A stretch of 64,000 nt of DNA from Heteronotia binoei (taxonomy: Eukaryota): the NCBI RefSeq assembly GCF_032191835.1, contig NC_083231.1, forward strand, positions 38,440,001 through 38,504,000. Reading direction: 5' to 3'. The notes under the pieces are model-generated. The model searched no databases. It was not told the origin of the DNA and saw only the letters and a program-made list of their open reading frames with translations. Numbering within the stretch: the stretch's first letter is position 1; each line of letters starts with the position of its first letter. Below, in pieces: positions 35,616 to 49,600 of the stretch. Both the position numbers and the translations under genes were made by a program.

Positions 35616-38600
35616 TCCCATGTCCTTGTGCAAAGTGTCTTCCCCTAGGGAGACACCAGGAGAGTGGCTGCTGCCTGTAGAGTTTGGGAGAGGGTTCTTT
35701 ACCAGCTGGACCCTTGGTATGGAGCCAAAGTGCCGGCGGTGGATGCCCCTTGTCCATGGCAACTCCTGCTTGCCAGACATTGAGGAACTCCTTGCCCCTC
35801 CATCCACCTGCTACCTTCCCCAAGCCCTCTTCATGCTTTCTTGAAGAAAGTGAAAGGGGGAATGCCTATCCTGCCATTGTTATCTTGTCCCCAGCATCCA
35901 CTCAGATAGGAACCCACTAGCAGCAGCTAAGGAGAGGAGGGACACAAAAACAGAGGCTTAATTTTTTTTAACTACCTCTGCACAACCATTTGCTGACTAT
36001 TTCATTCCTTCTAGGGTGTGAAGACTTACAGTTTTGTGCATGACTAGGCAAGGGAGCCAACCAGCCAACTACCTGCAGGCTGCTGCCCTCTCCCACCACT
36101 TGTAACTGCCCATCGGCTATAGGGCAAAAGCACATTTAAAAAAACTTTGGTTGCCACACAAACCCCACATCACAAGAGATGTCCCAACCTAATTTGGAAA
36201 AGTGCAGTTCTAAAATTGTAGCTGTAGAATAAATACACTGGATGGTGTAAGACTAGTGCAGATGGCAGGGAAAGAAATCTGAAGTCAAATTTAAAGGGTT
36301 GACTACTTGGATACTCTGCAGTGAGTACAGAAAGGGCCTCAGTCTATGCCTGAACAACATGTTTCTCAGCTTGAGAATCCAAACCAGAGCCAGCAGCTTT
36401 ATATGACCAGGTGAGCCATGCTCAGTTAGTAAGATGCAGTAGCTACCCCGGTCATCTGCTGTGGTGGTACCAAGTACTGCTGAAATGGGGCCAGCAGACT
36501 CATTCTTTGCCATTCTGGTAGACAAGAGTATAATGCTTGAGTTCCAGGGTCAAGACACCTCATACATGGAGAATATCATTAGTGCATGTTTTTTCTGTGA
36601 TGCATATGATATGCATAATCATGCAACTTGTGAATTGGACAATGCATAGATTTTCCAGACAGGAACAGCTTCAGTTCATGTGAACAAGATATGCATGTGT
36701 TGCACAGTTCAAATCACATGAGTACATTGTCTCCAAACATGTATCTGGCAGGCTCTGCTGCCATAGGAATGACATGGCAACATAATGGCTGCAGAGACCT
36801 GCTGTTATTTTCATGGGTGATTTACTATGTGCGTTTGCTGCACATCTGAATGAGGATTACCAGCTCTGGTTTGGGAAATACCTGGGCAGGGTGGGGTTTG
36901 GGGAGGGGAGGGATCTTGGAGGGTTCTAATGCCATAGACTCCACCCTCCAAAGCAGCCATCTTCTCCAGGGGAACTGAACTTGTTTGCCTGGAGATCAAC
37001 TGTAACTGTGGGAGATCTCCAGATGCCATCTTGAGGCTGACAACCCTAATCTGAATCTGTATCCCCATTCACATTCTCCCTTGCCTAGTCATGCACAAAA
37101 CTGTAAGTCTTCACACCCTAGAAGGAATGAAACAGCCAGCAAAGCAAGGCATGCTAATATTGTAGCCTGAACAATGACAGCAACAATATCACATAGCTGC
37201 ATCAGACTGGGTACATGGGTACCAGGATACTGTCATGTCCCAATGTGGCAATTATTAGAGTTCCCAGCTCTGGATAGGGAAATTCTTGAAGATTTGAGCT
37301 TGGAGAGGGCAGGGTTCGGGGAGGGGAGGAACTCAGATGCATATAATGGAGTCCACTCTCCATAGCAACCATTTTCTCCAAGGGAACTGATCTCTGTAGC
37401 CTGGAGACCACTTGTAATTCCAGGAAGCTGGCAACCCTATTGCTGGGATCATGCAGTGAAGAAGCCTTTTCAAGTTAAAAAAAACCACATCTGATGTGGA
37501 ACCACTCAGTTGCATGCCCAGGTGGGATCTGCCAGCTGGCTTTCAACCCCAGTAGGCAGAGGGAACAGGCAGAAGTTAGTGCCCACATGTGCCCAGTATC
37601 TTGTAACTCCATGGGCAATCTGCCAGCAGGTGGGCTGGGGGAAGGGCTCAATTGGGCAGCAGGTGGGTTGCCCAATGCTTAGATGCATCCCTGTGCTGCA
37701 TCATTGCTCCTTGTTTGTGTTAATAAATAAGCTATGGTCACATTTTCTCAAGAAATAACTACTTTTAACTAGAAAGTCAAAACAATCCTATGAATCTCTT
37801 GGAAGGTTATTTAAATGTAGGGATCAAGGCAAGAGTTTTGTTAGCATGTGGCTTTTTCCATAAAAGAAAGCATAAATACAAATTGTACAAATGTAAAAGA
37901 TATTGGTATGTGAAGAATGAGATTTGTGACTGTAAATTTGATAATGGCAAGTAAACTGCAACATATGACTTTATGATTTCTACTGTATTTTTCTCAGGAA
38001 AACACATTTTGATTCATAAAATAGTAGAAAGTGTGATTTATAGGCAGTAAAGTGATTTGATTGATGCTGCAACTTGGGCAACATGATCTGATCTTCAGCC
38101 TCTCCAACTGCAGTCACAAATCTAAATACGTTTGTCTGCATGTGCCTGGAAATACATTTGCTGAGTGTTTACTGATTTTAGGAACCAATCCTCATTGTGA
38201 TAGCTACTCCCAAAACTGTCTAAGTAGAATGTCTGGGCAACTATATTCATAAGAAATAGTTGGCTGGAACTGAAGGATCCAAAGTCGGTTTCTTCAGGAG
38301 TGGTATCATCACTGCTTCTTTTAAAGATCCTGGGAAGATCCCTGAATTCAGGGATAAGTTGATAATATTTCCCGGGGGGGGGGGCTGTATACCATCACTG
38401 GCCTTCCCCAGCTAGGAGGGACAAAGGTCCAGGTGGCAAGTGGTAAGCTTAACAGCAATCTTATCCTGGAAGAGTTTACTGAACGGGTCCAATATTGGAC
38501 CTGATGACAGCTAAGGGGTCTCAGTTCATGTTCTGTATCAAGAGTGGCCAGCAAGTCCTGGTGGAGAAACAAGATTTTATCCTCAAAATAGCAGGGGGCA

Positions 38601-38669
38601 GCCTGAACACTCGTGGGAAGTGTCATTGGACATGGAGAGACATAGGCTGGCAGGTGCAGGGAAGTCGGC

Positions 38670-38842
38670 AGGGCGCAGGGCGATGGAGGCCTGCGGGGCA
38701 CAGTGGGACGGAAGCTGGTGGGGTGCGGGGAGATGGAGGCCCACGGGGCACGGGAGGATGGAGGCCGGCGGGGTGCGGGAAGATGAAGGCTGGTGGGCAC
38801 AGGGAGATGGATGCCGGCGGGGCGCAGGGAGATGGAGGCTTA
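38670..38842 (+). repeat. GC-rich minisatellite, ~23-24-bp unit (GGGGCGCAGGGAGATGGAGGCCGGC-like), ~7-8 units
   Basis: GATGGAGGC-like core recurs with regular spacing. Confidence 0.8.
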
Positions 38843-39379
38843 CTCCCATGCACCAGCCATGCTTTCAAAAACGTCCTATAATACATTCTTGTGGTTTTGC
38901 CAAACCCCAGCACTCTTAGAAAGCCTCTTATTTAATCTTTAATGTGAATCTACAAACACAGATCATTATGACTAGCAACAGATATTGAAAATATACAATT
39001 GTAAAATATATTGAATTGCTGTGGCCACTGGGAGGAGTTGAAAGGGCCTCACCATGGGATATTCGAAGCTTTAATTTACAAAAAAAAATAGCCTTTTACA
39101 ATTTCTATTGATAAAAGGAAAAATGTGCAGGCAATATTCTTTTGAGATATTTTTAACACCACATTTTGGGCTATTGGCTGGATTTACTGTAAGCTGTATT
39201 TCTCAAATGCATTGCCTTTATTAAAAGATAAAAATATGTGTAGATGTTTCTCTTCTTTTTTTGTACTTTAGACTTTGTGTTTTTAAAAATTATCATTATC
39301 ACATGCCTCCCCTCCCCTCCCAGATTCATTTGCTGTGGGTTTCATTAAAGGCTGCAACATTTCCCCCCTTCCAACTGTA

Positions 39380-39821
39380 GAAAAAGACTGCAGATTTATA
39401 CGCCATCATTCTCTCTGAATCAGAGTTTCAGAGTGGCTTACAATCTCTTTTATCTTCTTCCCCCACAACAGACATCCTGTGAGGTAGGTGGGGCTGAGAG
39501 AGCTCTCACAGAAGCTTCATTTCAAGGACAGCTCTGCAATAGCTATGGCTGACACAAGGTCATTCCAGCAGCTGCAAGCGGGGCTGGCCCTAGACTGTCT
39601 GGCACCCTAGGCAAGGCTAACTTCTGATGCTCCTCCCCACTGATAACATCACTGAATCACATGGGGGTGCCCAATTTGGCACCCCCAGAGGGCTGACACC
39701 CTAGGCAATCACCTAGTTTGCCTAGTTTCAGGGCAAGCCCTGGCTGCAAGTGGAGGAATGGGGAATCAAACCCAGTTCTCCCAGATAAGAGTCTGCACAC
39801 TTAACCACTACACCAAACTGG
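39380..39821 (-). mobile_element. Sauria-type SINE interrupted by a hAT MITE (39579-39742)
   Basis: The MITE is flanked by a perfect 8-bp TSD GCTGCAAG (39571-39578, 39743-39750) inside the SINE body. Confidence 0.88.
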
Positions 39822-40253
39822 GATGAAATTCTCAGGAATTGTGACTCTAACAACAGCATCATCCCTGCTGATTTTTAGGCATGGAAGTAGGAACTGGTTT
39901 TTAAAGAAAACCAGACTCCTGCTCACTATGTCTTGTGTATTCAAAGCACACCCATAACCACACACCCACTGGGCTCCAATATTGAAAGTGAGTCAGGCTG
40001 GGAGAAAATGCTGGGGAAATGTTCTTATAAGCATAGATGGTTTCAAGAGGGTATTGGATAAATATATAGAGCAGAGCTCCATCAGTGGCTATTGGCCACA
40101 AGGTATAGATGGAACCCTCTGCCTAGGGCAAATGATGCTCTGTATTCTTGGTGCTTGGTGGTGGTGGGGGCAACAGACAAACAGATAGCTTCAGAAAAAC
40201 TGTCATATAAATCAGCAAATAACTAAGGAACTTTGAACCCTATAGTTATCTAA

Positions 40254-41126
40254 TTGACATTACCAGAAGATGGTTCAGTATGCTCTGTTTCCATCCCAGC
40301 ATTCTTGAATACAGTGGTAACAGTTGGTGGACAGACCAACCTAAAGGGTGAAGGTTTTTTTTTTTCCCTGCAGCCCTCATTCTCCCCCTTTTACCCTTTT
40401 CTAGTTACTCTGGGAACTACATACAGTGCACTCTGGAGAAACGCCATTTTGGGCCTGTGTTTGTCTGGGAGTTGCCTGGAGGAGTCTGTCAAACTGGAGT
40501 CAGGCTTCAGCCTAGTCTCTTCCTCCTGCCCCCCCCCCCTCCTGCCTGGAACCAGCAATTCTGAGGGGGGCTTCCTAGAGAGACAGGAAGTCCTTGAGGC
40601 CTGTCTCCCAGAATGCTACAAGAGACTAGTTCCTGGGCTGGAACTGCAATTTATATTGGAGATTTTGGGCGAGAAAACAGGCAGCCAGTTGAGTTCAGTC
40701 TTGGAGTTCAGACAGACTCAGGAAGGTATGGTCAGGCTTGCAACAGTCTAAGTGAAGTGCCTGCCCTGCGTGACATCCAGTTAGGGCAAGTATGAGAACA
40801 GGGAGAGAAGCAGCGTTTTTCCCTACTTTGATTTGGTTCTTCTGTTCACTTTTTTAAAATGCCTGTAAATAGTTGTATACTTCAAATAAATGTTTGTTTA
40901 AAGTGGAGTCCCTCTGTACCATAGTTTCCCCAACTGCTTGGAATGCTATAAGTGGGTTGGGGAATCCCTAGTGTGGAGAGAAGTCGTGAAAGAGCTGATT
41001 GCCAACTCTCTAGGGGAGCCCCAAAGTTCCATGGGAAGCCTGAGCAGGGGTCCTAGTGAGTCCAGAGGGAGGTTAGGAGGCTGTCCCACCTAACTAGAGC
41101 CCTGGAAAGGAACAGTGGTGCCAGCG
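40254..41126 (+). mobile_element. Possible old LTR with primer-binding site
   Basis: AATAAA at ~40866, end ...GGAACA followed by GTGGTGCCAGCG (TGG-starting PBS-like). The left boundary is uncertain and no partner LTR is present. Confidence 0.3.
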
Positions 41127-42691
41127 AATGCCCTGAGGCAGCAAAGTGGAACAGCACTTACAGGACAGCATACCAGGAAGGGCAGGGCAGGGCTGGGGCC
41201 AGCTAGCAGGCGCAGGACCAGTTTGCCACACACTCTATGAAGTGTTCTTAGAATGTCTGACATTAAATAGTTCCCAGGACTTACCAGTAGCTTTGCATGT
41301 ATATTCAGGAAGAAGGGCAAGTTAGGGTTGCCAGCTTGAGTGGCTTGAGAATCATGGAGAGTTGATGGTGATGTGGTTCAAAAATCCAGGAGAGTTGGGG
41401 TTGGGCAGGGTTTGGGAAGCAAACCTGGTTGGGTGTAATGCTGGAGATTGTCAAACCTAGGACAAGTAGGAGAGGAAGAAGAAAACAAGGAGGTAGGACA
41501 ATTTCCGCTTTTTTGCCTGGCCTGCCTCCTTACCACCAGCACTACTGTGAATCACCACAGCAGCTGATGATATGTTAAAGATGAGAGGAAGAAAAGATGT
41601 ACAGTTTGAGCTGGAGGAAAATTGAATGCCATAACATGTATCCCACTAGTGCAGGTCATATTCTATGCCAAAGAAGTATAAGCGTCTGACTGTATATCTC
41701 TACTTCTGTATGATACCATTGCTACTGGTGTACTTTTTACTCTTGTGTGTATGTGTATGTACTGGTTTACCTTTTACACCATCTTCTGCTACACTGTTTG
41801 CAACTGTTTTTTAAATCTGTTTTTAAGTATTATTTTATTCCTATGTGATACACTGATATGAGCCTGCCATGCCAAGAGGGGGCAATTGAAAAATCTAAAT
41901 AAATAAAAAGGCGATTATTGGAATATCCCTACAGATACTAGACAATAAATATTCACTTTTCCAGGTTTAAATTTTTAAGGTAGAGGGCTCATAAAAGAAC
42001 AGAAACACAAAGTCAAGGCTGCTAAATGAAATTTTATTTTATCTGATAACAGAAGACAATGATAGAGGGAGAATGGCAGCCTGCATTGATGAAGGGGTGG
42101 TCAATCTAGAGACAGATTGGGAGAATCTAGGATACAGCATATGTTTAAACAAGAAAGATGGGTAATTCAGATTCTACAAGCAGCCCAGTATGGACAGGAG
42201 GAATTGCAAGTGATGGATGAGTATGCTCAGGGTGAGCAAAGGTCTTTTGGCACCTCTCAGCATTGGATACTTGGGAAACCTGGTGTGGGTGTCCACCTGT
42301 TTGTTAAAAAGGTCTTTGTTTTCACTCAGCTTTACTCCTATCAAACTGTAGAAGACACTGAACAAGTCTGCCTCTTGATTAGGTTTTAATTCTACCCATC
42401 TACATCTCATTCACATATATGAAGGTGAATGTTTGTTTGTAAAATAGCAGTGTGATCGGATATTTCATTCTTTCCTAGACACTTGGCAGACTACTTGTTC
42501 AAGACAGTGGAGGGGAAAGTGTCCTTGTTAAAGCTAAGAATGTCTATCTACAGAAATGTTAATACATTCTATTTTAAAAGAAAAGGTGAGAAAACGTTTC
42601 TCTTTTGTATTAGGTGACATTTTTCACAAAAAAATAGTGTCTTGCTGTTTTGTCTTGGCTAATTAATGAATAATCTATGATTAATTAACAC

Positions 42692-43128
42692 CTGGTGGAT
42701 TTTAAATTCCAGTCAAATGCATGGCGAATTGGAGTATTTCTGTCTAATGCAATATTGGACAAGTATAAGGAGTTGGATCCAACTAGATTTTCTACTGAGG
42801 AGAAAGATGTGGGGTTCTTCTGTGACCACCAAACCCTACGATGGAGATCATGGGACCGGCATGGACAAAAACCATGTGAAAGAGGGGCTGTAACAAGGAA
42901 GGGAATTTGCCAAGATTCACTGAAAAACCTGTCTGGATCCATTCCATTGGATGTATAGTTTCTAAGCTGCTCAGAAAAAAAACAACACTAATATGTAGTA
43001 ACAAGTAGCCTTTACTTTACTTTTTTCTTTTTGTAATTATAATTTCTCCTGAAGCCCTTGGGTTCCATATTACCGGAAATCTATACCAATGCACAACTCG
43101 TATAGTAGAATTTATGATTCTTCTTAAT
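42692..43128 (-). CDS. Two candidate exons (43074-43128 LRRIINSTIRVVHWYRFP; 42692-42966 LRNYTSNGMDPDRFFSESWQIPFL...HAFDWNLKST) separated by a 107-nt intron
   Basis: Acceptors with pyrimidine tracts (ttttctttgtgtgtgcattttggaaatatag; ttttttctgagcag), 91 open codons in the larger exon, phases compatible; donors gtaata and gtgtta are weak. Confidence 0.35.
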
Positions 43129-45140
43129 CTATATTTCCAAAATGCACACACAAAGAAAATAAAAATAAACTTCAAAACTAGCTGTTGGCTAATTTTTTTT
43201 TTTTTAAAAAATTAGCATACATGTTTTGAAGGGATTTTTTGTAACATGCATACCATGGTTCTATGGACAGGCAACAAATAAATAACTTATTTGTTTTCTT
43301 TTGTGGGAGTTGTTTCTTAAAAGAATACACTTTTCTGATGTAACATTATGTACTTCCTAAAATTCTCCATAGCAGAATCACAGAATAGTAATGGAGCACA
43401 ATTGAAAGTCTCAGCTCATCTCTTGTTATTATGCTCTTTCATGGCTATGCTGGGCATGCCAAGAATCTGGTAGCAGATCATTGTTCACAGTCCTGACATG
43501 AGATGACTCATGAAGAAATTTTCACTATGCTAAAATTATGCCTTTGGAGTAACTTACAGAAATATTCCTGGGAATTATATCAAAATGAGGAAAGAGTCTA
43601 TAGAAGTAAAGACATCAGAAGGATGAAAGGCATTCTTGACTGGAGCACAGCAGAAGAAGACCATCAAAAAGGTGACAAACTGATTGACAGATAAATGGAA
43701 GGAATCAATAAAAGTTGCAGGTATTCAGTTTTTAAGAGAATCGCACATAAACTTTAATTCATGATGTTGTTTTCAGGAGGTTGCAGAAGCATGTACAAAG
43801 ACTTCTGAAAGACCATGGAAACTTCCTTAAAATTCAAATGCTCCTGTAAATTTATATGAGAATAACTTCCATTGAGTTGTTCATAATCACATTGTACAAT
43901 AATGTCACTAGACAAGATTATTTAGCTATGTGACTGGACATAAAAGCCTGAACATCAGAACTATGCATTGATGTACTATGCATTTGACTGAATGTTATAC
44001 ACACTATGAAGAAACAAGGATCTGGAAGATTTAGAAGTGATGTAGACATAAAACTAAAAACACTGAGGTAAGGATGACTACGCAGGTTCTAACAAGAAAA
44101 GTTGGTATTGCCTGTGAGGATGAAGAAAGTGAATTTAGGAGAGCTTAGGGAGAAAGACATCGAGCACAAAGAGCATGAACTAATGACAGAAATTTAATTA
44201 AGTCTAAAATTACTCAGTGTACCTCATTTTCCTGATGAAACAGGGAAATGAAGATTATTTTCTAGTATCCAGGTGTCAATGAAATTTAAGTGCCCACCAG
44301 ACTGCTGGCCCACCCATCGATTATTAATGCACTATTAATCTATTTGGGTAACTTGAGAGTGTCATTTAACTTCACAGCCTGTAAGTATAAAACAGCATCA
44401 CACTGTGAAAGTAATGGTAACACTTAAAAGTCCCATTGTTATTAATTCATTTTACATTCACAGTAATCACACTGGTCTTAATGAATGCATTCAGCATGTG
44501 AATATTGCATATACTTTCAAGTACACATTCTGCTGCAAATCAGTGTTAATTAATGTACTGAGCTCAAAGAGAGCCTTTTATAAGCAATGTATTGTAGCCA
44601 AAGAAAATATACCAGAAGATATGCAATGTGGCATAACGTCTTTTAAGCAAGAAACTTATTCCCACATTACATTTCTTCCAATGCTCTTGATGCATGTAAA
44701 TTCCCACATTTTTATTAGTGTATTTGGGCTTTGTTCTGAAGGCCACAATTTAATTGTCTTTTTGGATCTAAATGTTCAACCTCAACAATATACCCATGTG
44801 ATAGCCTATGATATTATCTTCTTATCTTTTTTTCAGCTCCCAGAAAGTGGGAAACTAGCTACATGGATTTTCTTAACATTTGGTGATTTTTTTTTTGGTA
44901 GTGGAATTTATCTGGCTCGAACTGGTCTAATATTGGCTTAATATGAATTTAACCATTCACATTTATGAAGTATACTTTGGCAGCAGGGCCAGCTTGCCCA
45001 CTAGGCAAACTAGGTGGTTGTCTAGGTTGCTGGGAGGAGGGGTGCACTGAATTGGGCTCCCCCCTGGTGCCCACAACAACCACCTAGTTTGCCTGCCTGC
45101 CTCCCCCCCCACTGCTGCCCCCTGCCACCACCCGCCCTCC

Positions 45141-45432
45141 GCAGCACTGCAGTGCAGTGCTGTGCTCTGTTGCCCCTTATCAGAGCATGGCATGCTGCAG
45201 CTGGGCCCTACCAGCTTCAATGTGGGCAGCACACCATCTAATCCTTTGAAGCGCTTGTGGGAGAAGGCTTTGCTCCCCCTCATTTCCGGTTCCAGAAAGA
45301 AGGGGGGGGGAAGCCTTCTACATGCATGCTTCAAAGGATTAGATGGCGTGCTGCCCGCATTGAAGCCAATAGGGCTCAGCCATGGCATGCTCTGATGGGG
45401 CAACAAAGTGCGGCACTGCATTGCAGTGTTGT
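45141..45432. mobile_element. Palindromic element nested in a hAT-like MITE (~44985-45550)
   Basis: Arms CATCTAATCCTTTGAAGC / GCTTCAAAGGATTAGATG and CAGAGCATG.CATG / CATGGCATGCTCTG. Confidence 0.65.
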
Positions 45433-47939
45433 GGAGGGAGAGAGGGCGGCTGTGTTGGGTGGGTGGCGGGCAGGGAGCCTGCCTGGGGCACTATGTGCCC
45501 TAGAGCTGGCACTGTTTGGGAGATGTGGATTGGACGCCAGGTTTGGCTGAATCAATCATGCCACCAGAAAATACTTACCACCAGCCCCACATTCTCTATC
45601 TTTACTCAGGAGCACTTGACTCTTCTCTCAACCAAGATAACCTGCCCTATAGGGCCTCTCGAACTCTCATATGATTTCCTCCTCTCACAAGAATGTGGTC
45701 ACCATTTCGATGATCATGGCACCATTTCAATGATCATGGCAACAGACAACAAGAAGTGGTCATGCTCTTGCAGGAAGAATAAATCCTATGAAAATTCAGG
45801 AAACTTTATGGAGTATGTGTTGCTTCCTATATTATTGTTAATAGACTTAGAGAAGCAAGGCGACAAAGAAGATTAGCCACTCAAGGTTCTAGCCAAGAGA
45901 AAGGAAGCAGTAAATGATATAAAACAGAAAGTGGAGATGGGCAAAGTTGAGGATTACACCCCTTCCTAAATCTTTAGCCTGAGAGACCACCTTAGTTGGT
46001 CTCATTGTATAGACACAATGATGGATACAATGTCACTTTTGTATAACCTAGTCCCATGGAAGCTGCAACAGGAGTAGGAGGAGCATCGTCAGCAAGCTCA
46101 CCACCTCCAGAAACTCTGGCAGCAAGACCCAGACTCCACAGTGACTGTGCAGTGGGTAGAATCATGGGCAAGTGTGGCTTCCTGCATGGCTGTGCTGATG
46201 GAGTGTGGCAAGGGTCACTTATGGCTTGCAACAGCACTGAGCCAGCAGCATGCCAAGCTGCCAAGCCAACCCTACCCCAGTGTGGAGTGGGGCAGCAGGG
46301 CCTGACAGCATACAAGCAGTCGGCTGCATGTGGAAGAAGACAGCCCTGTTCTGATCTGAAGCTAGCCATCGGGGCTTATATCTGAGGGTAGGGCCAACTG
46401 AGGAGGGGCAGGGGAAGGAATGAAGGGAAGGGGAGGGGAAAGGAAAGAGGGGAGGAATAAAAGGAGGCAAGCTGAATAAGCCAAGGAGGAGAACACTGAT
46501 GGCCCAGTCTGAGTGGACTGAGCAAATCAGAGAGAGAGAAAGGAGGGAACTAGCAGGCCATGTTGGAGGATTGGAAGCTTCCTCTCCCAGCCGTGTTGAG
46601 ACCTTCGGCAGTCTTGAGAGAGGGAAGAGGGGTCATCCTAGTGACAGTGACCAGTGGGAAGGCCCTAGGGGTGGATGTGGGTCATGACACAAGTTATTAC
46701 CAATCCCATTATATATTAACAGTAAGTTTTAAAGGATAAATATATTGATCACTTTCAATTGAGATTTTCAAGGACTGCTTGGGTTAGTCCCAGCTCATAG
46801 CGATGTGGGTTGACATATAAGCCTTAGTCTGCACTTCTCATCACTGCTGGCCATGTAAAAAGCTGTGAAGGGGGAGGTATCTGTGTGACTTTGTTTTCTC
46901 TCAGACTATTTTAATGGCCTAATCTCCAAATTGCCGCCTGCTTACACATAGCAAGCTTGAGACGTATCCTTCTGAGCAATAGTGCTCAGGCAATGAATGT
47001 GTCCCTATTGTTCCAAGTCACTCAAGGACAGACGAAATCCTCCTTTGTAATACCCATCTACCAAAAGCAGTTTGCAGAAGAATGCATATCAGCTAGTGCA
47101 TCCTTCAGGCTTTTCATGAATGTATATGGGAATGTTTGAAGCAAATTTGGCAGGTAGAATTCCAATCATTTGGAGGATTCTTCTAATATCTCTTCTACAA
47201 ATCTGAAAATGATTTCCCCAGTAACTCTAAAAAACACACTCAATTGTGTAAAGAAACATAATCCTTTTGTCTGGTCTTCATAATGGAATTTATACCAACA
47301 AAAACATAACATAGTATGCAGCTATTTCTAGATTGCAAAAAATAAACAAACAGGGATCATTGTAGCTTGAAACAATACATATCTTGTCTTTCTTATTTTA
47401 GCATAATACAATTTGTATAAATTTACCATACTAATAAATATTACTTGGGATCAGTGATGCAGTTGGGTAATTTCAGAATCTGGATTTAATGGTTTTATGG
47501 GGCTGCTATTATATGCCAATGTACACTTCAGCTATGAAACCAATAAATGGACATTGAACAAACTTGCCTCATTGTATCCCTCATCTCCATAAATAAACAT
47601 ATACAATGTAGCCTGACTGTGGAAGAATGATACATGGAATATATTTTAATACTGCCTTGAGAAGGAGTTCAGTGGTACTTTGTTTACCATCATAATTAGA
47701 GTCTTGGAAATTGTCAAAGTTAGAAAGTCATAAAAGTCAGGGCCCTGACTCATTCGTGGGTCCCATTTGCAGTCCGACAGCCAACAGGAGTGATGGCAGC
47801 CATGACCTTGCAAGGCAGGACAGGAGCTTGAGGGCTGGGTAGTAGCAGGAAAAGAAGGCCCTTCCCTCCCAGGTGGGCTTATAATAAAGCCTGAGCTGGG
47901 CCCAGGGGAAGAAAGAGGCCACCAGAGGGGGGGAAAGCA

Positions 47940-49600
47940 TGCTGCACTGCCTGGGCAGTTTTCCTGGCCACCAGGCCGCCATTTCATTCTTTAGCATATG
48001 CCACAGATTCACCAACCTGTGTAGCAGCTTCCTGGCTTGGAGGGTAGTAGAAATATGAAGGCAGTGGGGTTTTTTGTAGAAAAACCCCAACAGAAGCTCA
48101 TTTGAATATTAGCCATACTGCCTGGCCTGGGAGCATGTGGCTGCTGCATGGCGGGTCAGCCAGCCGAAGCTCTGACTACCCCAGCTGGAGCTCCAGCAGA
48201 AAAAAAGCCCTGGATGGAGGAGACTTTCTGCTAGAGCACCTGACCTTGACATTTGATGCTTTGGGATGACTGGTGTGTAAACACCCAAGCCTGTGCTGGT
48301 GTCCACTTTGTTTGAGGCAGCGTTTACACTGGCGTTGTTTGAGGGTTGGGAAGCTAGTGGTGAATTCTAGAATGGATGCAGCCAATCACTCCTTGAGTGT
48401 CCAGGATTTCTTGATTGGCATTGAACGGCTTTCCCTATTCATCAGGTAGACTACCTGTCTTAACCAACCAGCAAGCATTAGGGGCTCATCTGTGGCTGGG
48501 TCCTTTGGAGGGTGAGGCCTGTTCCCAGTGCAGGCTACAAAAGCATTTCTAGTGCTGGGTTCTGCAGATTGGGTGCCCTCCTCATTCATAGGGATGGCTC
48601 TCCACTTACAAAATATCAGTATGTGGGAGTCTTGAGGGTGGGCAGAGTGGATTTGGGCCTCCTTCCCTGGGAGTTTGGGCCCCATTCCTTTCATATCAGC
48701 CACTGGCTTGAGCCTATAGCCAGCACAAATCCAGGCTATTGGGAGATGGCTGAGGTGTGTATGACTTACATCAAGCCACATCTGGCTGCTGACAGGTAAC
48801 AATGCCTTATTCAGTATGGATAGTATGGATCTGCAGGCACAGCACTGTGCATTGGGGGGAACTTACACAGCTCTGGATGGGGCAGGGACCTAGGCCTGGA
48901 GAAGGAACTGCAAATCCTGGGTCAGCACACTGGGAATACAATATGATGCATTGCTGCCTGTGGTTATCATCACAGGAAGAAGCACCAGCCCCTGGATGCA
49001 TTAGTGATTCAACTGGGCAAGAATGACCTGGTGGACCACACAGGCATTGGCTTGGTAGATCAGGTTGAGACAGATTTGAGAACATTACAGGTAGAGCTTC
49101 TAGACATGACCTTTTTCTGGTCAGATTGGCTGGAGTAGTGCTATTGACATGAGGTTAACTGCGCTGAAGGGGCTGATGTTGCAAGATGGAAAATGACCGA
49201 TAGACTGGGAAAGATCATGGAGGGCCATGGGGAGCCACAGGATTTGACATCCAAACATCTCTCATTGATCAGAGGTCCTGTTTCAACCTGATAGCATTTA
49301 CTTGTCTCCATTAGGGATGGACATCTCGCAAACATGGATTTAGGTATTGTTACAGCTGTAGGAGTATTGGCAGAAGCCAGTCAGGGGGGATGTCCTGCTC
49401 TTGTGGTGGTATTACTGTGGGGCCAGATCTATTTTAGGAAAACAGGCCAGCATGCCCATTTTCCTGGCAGATGGGAATAGCCTTAAGGGATCTTGGGGCG
49501 AGGGCTTTCAAAGGGCATGCGCAGCTTGGGGGCCAAAGGATTACCCTGACACTTAGTGATGATTGTCCTTGTGGAATCTGCCATCCTGAGATCCCATTGT
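47940..49600 (+). mobile_element. Decayed Ngaro/DIRS-order retrotransposon: tyrosine recombinase followed by SGNH-hydrolase ORF
   Basis: YR: LFEAAFTLALF, LLIHRDGSPLTKYQ, FGPHSFHI, YIKP (48512-48799). SGNH: WICRHSTVHW (block I-like), LVIQLGKNDL (block III GxND), FQPDSIYLS (block V-like). Many stops and frameshifts. Confidence 0.8.

Noticed and set aside
44405-44941. 178-aa ORF in AT-rich DNA
   Set aside because: Low-information composition, no recognisable domain, starts at a non-ATG codon; probably chance.
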